Assembly (NCBI GenBank): GCA_032718475.1
Contig: JAUCBJ010007089.1
Coordinates: 1 to 43,818 of the forward strand
Length of the DNA: 43,818 bases
Reading direction: 5' to 3'
DNA from: Nemertoderma westbladi
Taxonomy: Eukaryota > Animalia > Xenacoelomorpha
In this document: one piece after another, positions 23,425 through 35,664 of the stretch
How the letters are laid out: each line of letters begins with the position of its first letter
Numbering within the stretch: position 1 is the first letter of the stretch
Notes under the pieces: model-generated
What the model saw: the letters and a program-made list of their open reading frames with translations, nothing else
Databases searched by the model: none
Told to the model about the DNA's origin: nothing
Program-made: the position numbers and the translations under genes

Positions 23425-23718
23425 CTTTTATTTACTAATACTTATTTATTTGTATTTGTATTTCATTTTAATTTATTTATTTGTATTTAATTTTAATTAA
23501 TTATTTCTATTTATTTTTACTTTATTTATTTGTATTTAATTTTACTTTATTTATTTGTATTTAATTTTACTTTATTTATTTGTATTTAATTTTAAATTAA
23601 TTATTTGATTTTAATTTTAATTAATTATTTATATTTATTTTTACTTTATTTATTTGTACTTAATTTTACTTTAATTATTTGGATTACTTTTACTTTATAT
23701 ATTGTTTTCTATTTTTAG
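23425..23718. repeat. AT-rich low-complexity minisatellite (TTTATTTATTTGTATTTAATTTTAC-like)
   Basis: Degenerate ~25-bp T-rich units seen directly. Confidence 0.75.
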
Positions 23719-23749
23719 AATTACCAATAATTAGTTTATATATTACACA

Positions 23750-24325
23750 CCGATGCTAAATGACGTCATTATTGTAATCATCTAACCATGGACTTGCAGC
23801 CTTATTTGGCCCTAGGGTATACAGCTCCCTTACTGGTAACTAATTACTCTATTGCATCCTACCCTTTGTCATCGTTATTCAATGACGCCACTCGGGCTCC
23901 CATTGAATAACATTGGGCAAACTTTATCTCGCCTTATATGACGTCATCAAAGCTGCTCTCTGATTGGTCTAATTATACATTCTTTTCTCCCTCCTGTCCC
24001 CCGATTGGCTATTCATTCTAGTCCCCCTCTATAATAGCCACCCATTCAGATGGGGGGGGGGGGGGGGCTCTCACCCACCTATCAATCACCTATCAATCAC
24101 CAGTTATGAATAAATGGATAATTGATCACCTCCAAAACTCTATTGCCGTTCATTATTAATCAGTTATTGGTCAGTCAAATAACCACGTATTAATCATATT
24201 TTACATGAGTTGAACATAAATTCTCTGCACTAGAGAGACAAACTCTGTTTAGGTGATTACTATACTAGGGGTCAACTTCATATCGACCCCTCACCGGGTT
24301 TAAAAGGGGCCGCATTATGGTGGAA
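23750..24325 (+). promoter_or_regulatory. Promoter- or LTR-like segment
   Basis: Two TGACGTCA (CRE) sites at 23761 and 23939, and inverted CCAAT boxes at ~23963 and ~24004. TATA-like sequence ~24030, AATAAA ~24109 and CA-TTA-TGGTGGA (PBS-like) ~24313. Lies upstream of leader copy Y. Confidence 0.35.
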
Positions 24326-24379
24326 AAGTTAGTCCCAACAACCAGCCTAACAGTTGGCCGCCTCAGCAGCTAAACTAGA

Positions 24380-24620
24380 CTCTGCTCCAAGGTAGAGGGC
24401 GTCTTTGTTCCCAAACCGTGCTCTAACACGGCTTCGCTGTCGCTGGGAAGGTAAGACGAATCCGCCTAAAGGACTGGGTTTTGGTGACTAGCCTTAAAGT
24501 GAGCTCTGCTCCAAGGTAGAGCGCGTCTTTGTTCCCAGACAGGGCCCTAACACGGCTTCGCGGTCGCTGGGAAGGTAAGACGATTCCGCCTAAAGGACTG
24601 AGTTTCGCTGGCTACCTAGC
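24380..24620. repeat. Tandem duplication, ~124-bp unit x2
   Basis: CTCTGCTCCAAGGTAGAG...TAACACGGCTTCGC...CCGCCTAAAGGACTG at 24380 and 24504. Confidence 0.85.
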
Positions 24621-25054
24621 CCCAGAGCGCTCGGGCACTCTGTCCACTGGCTACTTAGTTCGTCCCAGGACCAACTATTTAGTTTTGGGGGCAAAGTAGC
24701 ATTGTCCCTATAGGTTTCGACTCTGTCAGTTACGGTAGTGTTTGTGCACACTGTCCGCTGGCTATACGGTTCATCCCAGGCTCGCCAGGACTGACCGTAT
24801 AGTTTTTGAGGGCAAAGTAACAGCTAACCGTTTGCGTCCAATCGGTCCCACCCCTGTTTGGACTCCGACGGCAACCTGGTGTTCTGCACTGTCACCAAGT
24901 TCCAATAGCGTGAAGCTGCACCAAGTTTATTACGACGTTTTAAGACTTTTCATAGATTTTCTGTGACCTTTTCTGTAACTATATTTTTTTTTCAGTGTAT
25001 TAAATAGCATAACAAAACGACTAAAAATACTGTATTTTCTGCATATTTTTAATT

Positions 25055-25408
25055 ATTTTGAGGCTATACTTGGGATCCTAACGGACCCAAAGCACTCCTC
25101 ACCCGGTTTCCCTTTTCATCATCCCAGAGGTTTTTCTATGGTTCTACATTACACTATTATTATATGCCAGAAGGGAGCAATATACATTTGGGAAGAACAG
25201 AAATCACTGTGTTTTTGCACTATATTTAAAGGTTGTGGATGTCCGTAAATAACAAGTCATTGAAGGACCGTGTTGCGTGTTCTAGTGGGAAATATTTTAT
25301 ATCAGCCGGGAACCAAAACAATAAGGGAAAATATAGCACCCCTTTGAACTTTTAGAGATTCAAAGCCGTTTTAGGAGCTTATCGTGCTAAAGAGCACGAG
25401 AAATCCAT
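25055..25408 (+). repeat. Leader-like dispersed repeat, copy Y
   Basis: Block-wise match to the reverse complement of 15785-16135. Confidence 0.7.
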
Positions 25409-25412
25409 TACA

Positions 25413-27440
25413 TCCACTGTGGCTCGAAAGAACTTAGTCTTCAGGTGCCTGGGGAGATCTGATTTCCAGATGGTATCCATTTTTGATAGAGCTACCCAAG
25501 CCTAGGCTTTCCTAACTTCTATGTCCTTTTTGCTACTCTCTATCCATGACCCAAGGTACTGGAAGTTGTCAACCTTCCTCAGTTGATTATTATCAATGGT
25601 TGTCAAGTTTCCATCAACATTAACCCTATTAGTACCGGGCTATAAAATGTTGTACAAATACCGGCGGGGGGGGGGGGGGGGGTCATATTGACCCCCCCCC
25701 CCCCCCCCCTCTAAAATCTACAAATATTTACGAAAACGTCTGATTTTTTGTTTGTACGTAGGTATCACTAGTCTGGATCCGACCGAAAATAAAAATTTCG
25801 AGAAAATGTACTAGGGTGGTGGTTATATTGCAACACCAAAATTACAAGTAGTGCAAAATTTTCACAAAATTTGAAAGTTACATTTTCGGCTATTTATTTT
25901 TCAATACAGGTTTTCAGGGGTGTAAAATACATTGGAAAATATTTAAAAATGATATGATTACTATAAATGGCTGTTTAGTCCTCTCTGCGTAGGAAAAAAA
26001 TGAAAAAAACAAGTAACCAGCACTTTTCAGTTAGAACACAAAATTTTTAATTCACTTATACGATGCTATAAATTCGCATTTTCAGGTTTTCGAGGGCGCT
26101 GATTTTAATGGAATACATTTCTAATATGCCAGATCATTGCTACTTTATTTTTCGGCGTAATTTGGCAAATTTTGGTGCTAGCACCAAATTTCGTACCCAT
26201 CACCAAAAAGTACAAGTTTGCGATGTCCAGTGCTGTTTTTATTCAGGACCCTCATAAACCCGTATAACGCAAGAAACAAGGTGATACTATCTACTGATCA
26301 ATTTGCATATTTTCCAAAATTTGGTGCTGGCACAACAACTTTCAGTCACCCGCGAAAAATACAAGTTTGAGAACTCTTATGAAATTTTTACTGATTCCAT
26401 TGAATTCAGAACCATCACAAACCCGTTTAACGCAAGAAACAAGGTGACACAATCAATGGATGTATTTGATGGATTTCAAATTTTGGTGTTTGATATGTCT
26501 AGTTCGATAATTATATATTCCATTGAATTCAGAACAGCCATAAAGCTCTAAAACGCAAGAAATAAATTGTCACAAGCAATTTTATATATTGAATAGATTT
26601 TCAAAATTTCGTGCTAGCACCAAAATTTGCACACAGCACCGAAAAATACAAGTTTGATACGCTTGGTGCAACTCGTATATATTTCATCGAATCCAGAACC
26701 CCAAAAATCCCAATTGCGTAAAAAACAAGTTTCAAACAATCAATTTACAAAATTGACATATTTCAAAATTTGGTGCTGGTACCAAAATTTGGCACCCACC
26801 GAAAAAAACAAGTTTGAAATTTCTAAATCAATTTATATGAATTCCATCCAATTTCTAACACCAAAAAACCGGTGTAAATCAAAAATAGAGATGTTACAAT
26901 TCATATTTAATGAAATGTAATTTTCAAAAAACGTCTCAAAAAAAGTGCCAAAAGTAGGGTTAAAAAATGGTGCTATAACGCGAAAAGTACCCAATATTTT
27001 TGAAAACGGTTTTCACTACTAGGAAGACAATAGATTTTTAGGAAAAGTCATAAAATTTCAGATTCCCAACTGCGTTTGTTTCAGAATTATAATAAAAAAA
27101 CCACGGGGAGGGTCATATTGACCCCCCCCCCCCGGGTTTAATAGGGTTAAAGGTCATGAATTCGGTCTTGGTAGCATTTATATGCAATCCAACCTCCTTT
27201 GCAGCCCTCTCCACTTTATTCAGTAGAAGCTGTGCATCTGCTAGCGTATTAGATAGCAGGGCGATGTCATCCGCAAAGTCGGTGTCTGTGACTGTAGTAG
27301 CCGGATATCTACTACTTCTACGTCATAGTAGTGTGAATCCCAGATCGTTAAGCTTTGTGGCCGTCCTCATTGCGTAAACCAGTACAATTACAATTACAAA
27401 TAGTAATGGCGCCAATGGTAGCCACCTTCCAGTACGCCAG
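25413..27440 (-). mobile_element. RTE family 2 RT fragment (25413-25623 plus 27151-27440) split by a piggyBac-like element
   Basis: Removing the insert and one TTAA restores TDFADDIALL...INATKTEFMTFNVDGNLTTIDNNQLRKVDNFQYLGSWI...MDTIWKSDL. Confidence 0.85.
25624..27146. mobile_element. Non-autonomous piggyBac-like element (1.5 kb)
   Basis: TTAA TSD at 25620-25623 and 27147-27150. TIR CCCTATTA...CCGGG and subterminal Gn-TCATATTGA-Cn palindromes. Internal ~165-bp repeats containing TTTGGTGCTAGCACCAAA. Confidence 0.9.
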
Positions 27441-27442
27441 TA

Positions 27443-27565
27443 CGTCCTAAAGGACACTGGGTTGGACACTTGAAGATGCGGATAATCTCGCGAATGTCAT
27501 GGGGGAGAGGGAGTTGTGGCGGTGCAACTTTGTTGATAAGCCGGTATTCTTAATGCACGCTGCAT
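27443..27565 (+). mobile_element. Degenerate 3' fragment of RTE family 1
   Basis: AAAGGACACTGG...GAAGATGCGGAT...GTTGTGGCGGTGCAAC matches 22998-23110. Confidence 0.75.
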
Positions 27566-27605
27566 TGGGCTTGCCAATTGTGGATTGCATGGTTTTATGC
27601 ATTTG

Positions 27606-28450
27606 TTAAGGGGGGGTATACCCCCCTCAGGTAAAATTTTCAAATTGTTGTTTCTTTATTTCACCTAGAGCAGAATTTAATGAGGATTACAAATCTGAAA
27701 ACCGCTTAGTGAGACCTCTTTCAGTTCTCGAATTATCACTGTTTTTCCGTATGACGGTCTGTCCGTCAAATTGTAAGAAAGACAGAAGACCGACAGACAG
27801 ACAGATAGACTAGATTCCACCAAAAATTAAAACTGACATCGGAAATGAAATCAGCGACCCCGAAAACCCCCGTAATGAACATTTTAGCTCGTTGGTGTGC
27901 ATCCTTCGTGCCAGAAATAATTAACCAACCAGAACGCAGACAGCCAATTTTGGCGGGACGGTTTAAACTTTGAAGGGCATTTTCTCGGAATGACATTTTT
28001 CATTTTCAAATTACTACTCCTCCGTCATTTTTCAACCAATTTTCTTCTTTTATGGCTCATTCGAACGAGCTTTGGAAGCTCTTTAAAAGTTATCTTATGG
28101 AATTTTGATAAATATTACCATTTTTTATAATTAGCCAATTTTAATTAAAAATATGATAAGTAATTAATTAATTAAAATAAAAATGGCTAATTAAAAATTC
28201 TATAAGATAACTTTTGTAGAGTCGATCACGCTGAGTCCAAAAAAGTTGGTTTCAAGAAATTTGGATCAAAATTGAGGGACTAGTAGCAATTTTAGTGAAA
28301 TCTTTAATTCCGCCGCCAGCCGCTAGGGGGAGGCTACAAATTTTCAAATTTCACTATAAAGGCTATTTGGCCTTCCATACAGTTGTTGACAATGACAAAA
28401 TAGCAATATTATCATTTAACACTATTTGACAGCCATTTTAAAAAAAGGGA
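27606..28450. mobile_element. Partial non-autonomous DNA-transposon-like repeat
   Basis: Starts TTAAGGGGGGGTATACCCCCC. The GACA-microsatellite plus GGAAATGAAATCAGCGACCCCGAAAACCC block recurs at ~33530-33650. No paired terminus found. Confidence 0.4.
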
Positions 28451-28454
28451 CCAT

Positions 28455-29953
28455 TCTAAAATCTACAAATTTTTACGAAAACGTCTGATTTTTTGTTTGT
28501 ACGTAGGTATCACTAGTCTGGATCTGACCGAAAAAAAAATTTTTCGAAAAAATATACTGGGGTGTTTATATTGCAGCACCAAAATTACAAGTAGTACACA
28601 ATTTTCACAAAATTTGAAAGTTACATTTTTCGGCTAATTGTTTTTCAATACAGGTTTACTGGGGCGCAAAATAGATTGGAAAATATTTAAAAATGAAATA
28701 GTTACTATAAATGGCTGTTTAGTCCTCTCTGTGTAGGAAAAAAATGAAAAAAACAATAAACCAGCACTTTTCAGTTTGAACACAAAATTTTTAATTCACT
28801 TATACGATGCTATAAATTCACATTTTTAGGTTTTCTTGGGCGCTGATTCTAATGGAATACAACTCTAATATGCCAGATCATTGCAACTTGTATTTTTCGG
28901 CGTAATTTGGCAAATTTTGGTGCTAGCACCAAATTTCGTACCCATCACCAAAAAGTACAAGTTTGCGATGTCCAGTGCTGTTTTTATTGATTCCATCGGA
29001 TTCAGGACGCTCATAAACCCGTATAACGCAAGAAACAAGGTAATACTACTGTATCTTCTGATCAATTTGTTTATTTTCCAAAATTTGGTGCTGGCACAAC
29101 AATTTTCACCCACCGGCGAAAAATACAAGTTTGAAAACTCTTATGAAATTTTTGCTGATTCCATTGAATTCAGAACCCTCACAAACCCGTATAACGCAAG
29201 AAACAAGGTGACACAATCAATGGATGTATTTGATGGATTTCAAATTTTGGTGCTAGCACCACATTTTGCACCCACTTCCGAAAAATACAAGTTTGATATG
29301 TCTAGTTTGATAATTATATATTCCATTGAATTCAGTCCACCCATAAACCTCTATAACGCAAGAAATAAATTGTTACAAGCAATTTTATCTATTGAATGGA
29401 TTTTCAAAATTTCGTGCTAGCACCAAAATTTGCACACAGCACCGAAAAATACAAGTTTGATACGCTTGGTGCAACTCGTATATATTTCATCGAAACCAGA
29501 ACCTCAAAAAACCCCAATTGCGAAAAAACAAGTTTCGAACAATCTATTTACAAATTTGACATATTTCAAAATTTGGTGCTGGCACCAAAATTTGGCACCC
29601 GCCGACAAAAACAGGTTTGAAATTTCTAAATCAATTTATATGAATTCCATCCAATTGCTAACACCAAAAAACCGGTGTAAATCAAAAATAGAGATGTTAC
29701 TTAATGTTATTTAATGAAATGAAATTTTCATAAAACGCCTCAAAAAAAGTGCCAAAAGTAGGGCTAAAAAATGGTGCTATAACTCGAAAACTACCCAATA
29801 TTTTTGAAAACGGTTTTCACTACTAGGAAGACAATAGTTTTTAGGAAAAGTCATAAAATTTCAGATACTCAACTGCATTTGTTTCAGAATTATAATAAAA
29901 AAACCACGGGGGGGGGGTCATATTGACCCCCCCCCCCCCCGGGTTTAATAGGG
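28455..29953. mobile_element. Second copy of the 25624 piggyBac-like element, left terminus missing
   Basis: Colinear with 25710-27146; ends CCCGGGTTTAATAGGG|TTAA. Confidence 0.85.
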
Positions 29954-29955
29954 TT

Positions 29956-30020
29956 AAGCCGGCATAGCATCTCAATGTGCAGTTTCAATACAGCAAGCCG
30001 ATTATAGTAGTAATAGTAGT
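29956..30020 (+). mobile_element. Degenerate RTE family 1 3' end and (TAG)n tail
   Basis: AAGCCGGCATAGCAT...CAGCAAGCCGATTATAGTAGTAATAGTAGT resembles 23080-23146. Confidence 0.6.
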
Positions 30021-30280
30021 ACACATTCAGGTCACCAGCAATGACTTTGATATTATTGTGTTTCGGAAAGTCCTTTATGTGAGATACTTGAATATGTCGT
30101 TAGATAAATAAAGTTAAATAAAAGAAGTTAAATAATTAAGTAATACATCTGGTGATATTATTGTTTGTGTAGAGTAAACATGTGTTCGTCTGCTCTCTAT
30201 TGTACAGTATAAAGCAATATGTTTGTTACATGATGCGGGAAATCATTATATTTTTTAATATACGAAAATTAGAGACTTAA

Positions 30281-30781
30281 CCCTATCCATACCGGGGTAC
30301 TTTAGACGCTCAAACTACCGGGGGGGGGGGGGGGGGACTTTTGGGGACGTAAAGTTTGGAAGCATATAACTTTGTGTGGTGTGATGATATTACTTTAAAG
30401 TAAAAAGTTTTAGATACAAAATTTATTCCTCTATTCAAATATGCCACACACTAATGCTGAAATATAATATTTATATACTATAATTATGTTTAAATTGATA
30501 TTAAATTTATATTAAATTGATTGAATTTTAAATTTCCCGCCTATAATTGTTCAGCAATAATATGACAGTTTCAGAGACAGGTCAGTTTACGAGTCATTTT
30601 CATGGTCATAAATAATAATATGAAAATTAATTTTTGTTTTAAGATAAAGAATAATAAATTTTAGGAAAAGTAACGGAATTTCACTTGCAATAAATGTGGT
30701 TTGGCTTTGAACCAAGCAATCAAATAAAGTGCGTCTCCAAAAGTCCCCCCCCCCCCCCCCCCCCCCCCGGTATGGATAGGG
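30281..30781. mobile_element. piggyBac-like MITE (501 bp)
   Basis: TTAA on both sides; perfect TIR CCCTATCCATACCGGGG; subterminal G and C runs. Confidence 0.9.
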
Positions 30782-31081
30782 TTAATTAATTATATTAATT
30801 AAACCTTTTTTATATAATTTAGGTTGGTTTATCTAAAGAACCTTACAGTACCTAGGCCCCTCACTATGTACCATGTTGCATAATTTTGTATAATTCCTCA
30901 TTTCAGTATTTACGCAGTCTGTACAACTTTCAATTATGTAGTATTTTCTATTATTGCCATTGTAAATGATATTTGTGTAATATCGAAAAGTTTGGATAAA
31001 TTAATATGTTATTTACGATTGAGTTTTGCCTATTATCCCCCCTGGAACCTCTATAATATATATTTTTCATATATTATTCCA

Positions 31082-31222
31082 ATTTATAAGTCCAGTCAGA
31101 TCTTTATAAAACTTAGCTGCTTCATCTGGCTCTGAGACATTTGGTTGGACTGTAGCAACATACAGTATTACTTACTGTTGTATTGGGATTCCCATAAAAT
31201 GTTGCAATCATGACCCTCTGGA
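31082..31222 (-). mobile_element. RTE-like AP endonuclease fragment
   Basis: RVMIATFYGNPNTTV...CCYSPT/NVSEPDEAAKFYKDLTGLI, with one frameshift, matches the APE x-YSPT motif region. Confidence 0.7.
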
Positions 31223-31659
31223 ATATAATAATATGAATAACAAAAGTAAAGATAGATCTTGAAACGCCCCATATTTATATTATCTTTACTTGTGTCCATT
31301 ACCAAAGGCCTTTACGAATGCAACTGGGATTTCGTTATACAATAAATAACAGACACAACATTCTGTTGTTACCAAAAGTGCCATTGATTTAAGCCTGTGA
31401 AATTCCACACCTAGTGTAGTTGGCATTACACAAGGCACCAAAACTGTGTAGTTTTGATTGAAATAGTTGGCGTAATAATATACACACAGTGGAACATAAA
31501 GATATTATTTAATACCTAAATTTTAAACCCTTTGCGTACCAACAATTAAAATTTTCATTCTAAATAATTCAGGACCATGTTCATTAATTATAGCTTAACC
31601 CCCAGTACCGAAGAGTGCCGCCATTACATATTTTATCCTGACCCCCAGGGGCGGCAGGG

Positions 31660-34600
31660 CAGTGCCGGATTAACCTTAAGGCATATAAGGCACGTGCCTT
31701 AGGGCCAGACGAAAATACGGGCCATTTTTTCTCAGCGAGTCTGTGAAAAAAATTATTTTTCTCTTTCGACTATTTCCTATCACTAGATTTGTGGTAGAAA
31801 TTGCAAAATTGTAGCTCAATCGACCGACAGCTGCTTGTGTTATTAGTTCAAGACCTGATAGCAGGGAAATAATAAAATATGGGCAGTAAAACAATAAAAT
31901 GCTAATTATGAACAATGGAGAATTTAATTTTATTTATTTGTGGGGAATTATTTGTAGTTATGTACTTAAAACTTTCTAGAACAACTAAATACAAGATGGA
32001 ATTTCATAAAAATTTCCAGAAGGTCGGAGTAACTATCGAGACACACCTGGAACCTAAAAAAATTGAATTTTTTTTGTTTCTATGTTTGAGGGTCACTTAA
32101 TTGCACCAAAAACCAAAAATGACACATTTTCGAAGTTTATATTAGAAATTGGTGAAACTGAGTTTTTCTCAATCCTGGCTGGCGTACTGCAAGGTGACAC
32201 ATTAGCACCATTACTATTTGTAATTGTGCTGGATTACGCAATGAGGACGGCCACAAAGGGTGAAGATCTGGGATTCACACTTCAAGAACGCAGAAGTAGT
32301 AGATATCCGGCAACTAAAGTCACAGACACCGACTTTGCGGATGACATCGCCCTGCTCTCTAATACGCTAGCAGATGCACAGCTTCTACTAAATAAAGTGG
32401 ATACCATCTGGAAATCAGATCTCTCCAGACACCTGAAGACTAAGTTCTTTCGAGCCACAGTGGAAAGTGTATTTTTATACGGGGGTGAGACCTGGACACT
32501 GACTAAATCACTTGAACAACGAATTGATGGTTGCTACACAAGACTACTAAGGGCAGCCCTAAACATCAGCTGGAGACAACACATGACAAACGCCGAGCTT
32601 TATGGTACAATACCACCTGTATCAACCACCCTCCGTGAACGCAGATTAAGATTCAGTGGGCACTGCTGGCGAAGTAAAGACGAGGTCATACCAGATCTAC
32701 TTCTCTGGCAACCAACTCATGGAAAGCGTAGTCGTGGACAACCTGCCATAACATATATAGATCAACTTGAAAGGGATACTGAACTTGGGAGAAACGAAAT
32801 TGCGACAACTATGGAGAATCGGGAAGCCTGGAAGGATCTCATTTCCACTGTCCGAGTTCGCTCGACCTAGTAGTAGTATATTAGAAATACATTTGATAAT
32901 TGTTTTAAACATATTATGTTTTTAGAGGTTCCACAATTGTGTCTCGCTACTAAAAACCTGCTGCGAAAATTTCAGCCTATTCCATCAAGCTGTTCTCGAG
33001 AAAAAGGTACATTTATTTCGAAATTTCACGAAAAATAAGATGCTGAGAAAAACGCATTTTAAGTTTTCAAACCTTCCCGCTAATTTAATGTAAAACGCGG
33101 GAAATTTCAAAAATAAGCCAAAATATAATAAACTACTCCAGCGAAAATTTACCAACCAAACCGGGTTTTCGTAGTCGCTGAATTTATTTCTGATATATGT
33201 TTTAATGTTTGATGATATCTGAACTGCCTGTCTGTCTGTCATTCTGTCTGTCTGACTGTCAATCTCACAGACAATAAATAAGTAAGCACATCACTTTACT
33301 ATAATTTCTGATATGGGGGTTTTCCTAGTTGCTGATTTCATTTCCCATGATGTCATTTTTAATAATTGCATGAACCTAGACTGTCTGTTTAAGTCTGTCT
33401 GTATGTACAGACAGATCGACTGACAGACAAATATAAAGGCATAATAGACTCCTCCAAACAGGAAAGATAACACCAGAAATGAAATCACCGACCTTAAAAC
33501 CTTACGTAGTGTGATTCGTTATGTTTTTGACAGACAGACCGACAGACGGACAGACAAACTAGATTACGTCAAATTTGAAAACTGACCCCGGAAATGAAAT
33601 CCGCGACTACGAAAACCCATGTAGCAATTATTTTAGTTAGGTGGTGTATATTTTTATATCCATAATTTGTTGACAAACAGAAAAAAAGACCAATAGACAG
33701 ACAAAAAGAAAAACAGACAACTTAAGCTTATGATGTGATGTTAGGATTTCGATTTCTGAAATCTACGTTAAATTCTGATTTAGAATTAATAAATAAAAAA
33801 TTTCGAAAATTTTCATATTTTTGAAAAGTACTGGGGTACCATCTCCCCCTAATTTAACCGAAATTCAGATGTTCTGCCCTCGTGTATTGCATTTTGCATA
33901 CGATGGCATTTTAGGTGCAATTCTGGCAAAACCTAAAACTGTCGGACAGCATAATAGAATTTGGGTAAATTAAAATTTGTGACAAAAAGTACTTATTTCC
34001 GAGACTGTTCTCTTATCGAAGAACATTACTTTCTCAGCAAGTCCAAATCTAGATCAGAAATATTATATCTTTGCACTAAGCCCACACTTTTGGTGTGTTA
34101 TTTATCAGCAAGTCCTGTAAAGATAAGTACCCTGCAAAACCTACAGCAAATAAATAACACATTTCCACGATTCGATCAAAATTGCTAAATGCCTACAGGG
34201 GCCAGTTAGCCTTAAGGGGGCTAACTATAACACCCAGAGAAATGAAATTTTCGAAAATTTACAAATTTTTTTGTAGTTTGATAGAAGGGCTTTCATAAAA
34301 GGTGATATCTGTTTTCAACATTGAATTATTTTTTGACCTCAAATCTGCTCTTTTCAACAACATAATATATTGCTGATATTTATGCCTCTCTGTATAAAAC
34401 AACCTTTTTATCAGTTTGTAGATTTTGCCTAATACTTTTTTATTTTTTATTCAATTTCCATTAAACATATACCAAAATGTTTAGCATCTTTAGGGCTACA
34501 ATCGTGAATATTGGTTTGTAAAACATGGCAATTTGGATCTTCTAGAACCGATTTTGTAACGATTTGCTACACTTTTGTCTATCACAAAATAGTACTTAGT

Positions 34601-34784
34601 ACTTATTTACACGCAGTCATCCAACGAAAATACTTTATATTTCCTTCGCAACATTTTCACAATTTCAATTGTTTTTAGCAGCTTTTTCTTTTGAAAGGGT
34701 TTGCGGAAAAATATCAACTTTCGGGCCATTTTTGGCAATTACTAAAATGTGCCTTAGGGCCACCAGAGGCTTAATCCGGCACTG
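31660..34784. mobile_element. hAT-like non-autonomous element with 8-bp TSD
   Basis: TIR CAGTGCCGGATTAA / TTAATCCGGCACTG; TSD CGGCAGGG at 31652-31659 and 34785-34792; subterminal GTGCCTTAGGGC at both ends. Confidence 0.9.
32150..32876 (+). mobile_element. 5'-truncated, internally deleted RTE-like LINE, family 2
   Basis: GVLQGDTLAP and DTDFADD, ending in a (TAG)n tail. 12-bp TSD TATATTAGAAAT at 32138-32149 and 32877-32888. In-frame deletion at ~32400 relative to the 25413-27440 copy. Confidence 0.9.
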
Positions 34785-35518
34785 CGGCAGGGCGCCTTTA
34801 TTTAAAACCTCTTATAACTTTGTTATACCTTATGGTATGGGACGGAGAAATGGAGTTCAAATTCGTGTTGGGTAGGGAAAATTGTCTAGAAAAATTATTA
34901 TTGTTTGGGGCGACTCCTGATGCGGAATGAGGGTACGTTAAATTACATAATTTATTAAATCACATGAAATTTAATTTAGCCAATAATTATGCTACAAATT
35001 AGTGAGGCGGAAGTGTGCCGCCCATGGGTTTCAAAGATGAAAGATTTAAAATTTTCAAAAATGGTTAAAGGCGGCAGTGTGCCGCCTTTTAGGGTAGGAA
35101 AAGTAATAACATGATTATACTCTTTATAATAAAAAATCTCTGGTAAGACAAGAAAATAAACCTTGGTCCGTTCAAATATATTTTTCTGGCCTTGGGAGGA
35201 AAAATTTATGTAATTTATCTTGGGTACGCAAAGGGTTAAAAAAATATCCCACTTGATACAAAATGGTGCAAAAATACAAGCAATAAAGCCTACCGAGCAC
35301 CGACGACCGACCGACTTCCTTTAAGTCAGCAGTACAGCAAATATGCATTTTAAGGGCAATTTTATGTTCAGTTTCAGAATGTTGGATAGTTACAGAAGAT
35401 GGGTTTAATTTATTTTTTCGTTAATATTGCCTTTCTTGATTAAATTAAGTAACAGAAGTTGTTGGTATACATTGAGTATTCCTCTCTTATTTTTACTGCT
35501 TATAACAAATACACTCAC

Positions 35519-35664
35519 CAACAGCGTGCCGAGTATAGTTTAACTCCGCCAGGTATTCTGGGAGGAGTTTAAACTGTAAAGGAAGGCCAGAAGCTTCCGT
35601 ACTCCATAAAACAGATGTTTGCATTCCTGTGTGGAAAGGATAGCGACCAGTTAAAAGAGCGCTC
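35519..35664 (-). CDS. ARSB-like: Arylsulfatase B/I/J-like, coding exon 2
   Basis: Acceptor TTGCAG|G, then (R)SALLTGRYPFHTGMQ...GLPLQFKLLPEYLAELNYTRHAV(G), then donor G|GTGAGT. Phase matches exon 1. Confidence 0.92.

Larger units (their letters stand above)
31528..35235. mobile_element. piggyBac-like non-autonomous element hosting nested insertions
   Basis: TIR CCCTTTGCGTACC / GGTACGCAAAGGG; flanks TAAA (left, imperfect) and TTAA (right). Confidence 0.75.

Noticed and set aside
28865-29714. 179-aa and neighbouring ORFs as a transposase
   Set aside because: Repetitive peptide from ~165-bp internal repeats; no DDD motif; frame not preserved in the sister copy at 26100-26900.
31370-31400. TGGCAC (W-H) as sulfatase exon 3
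   Set aside because: Context reads QWHFW followed by a stop, not GKWHLG.
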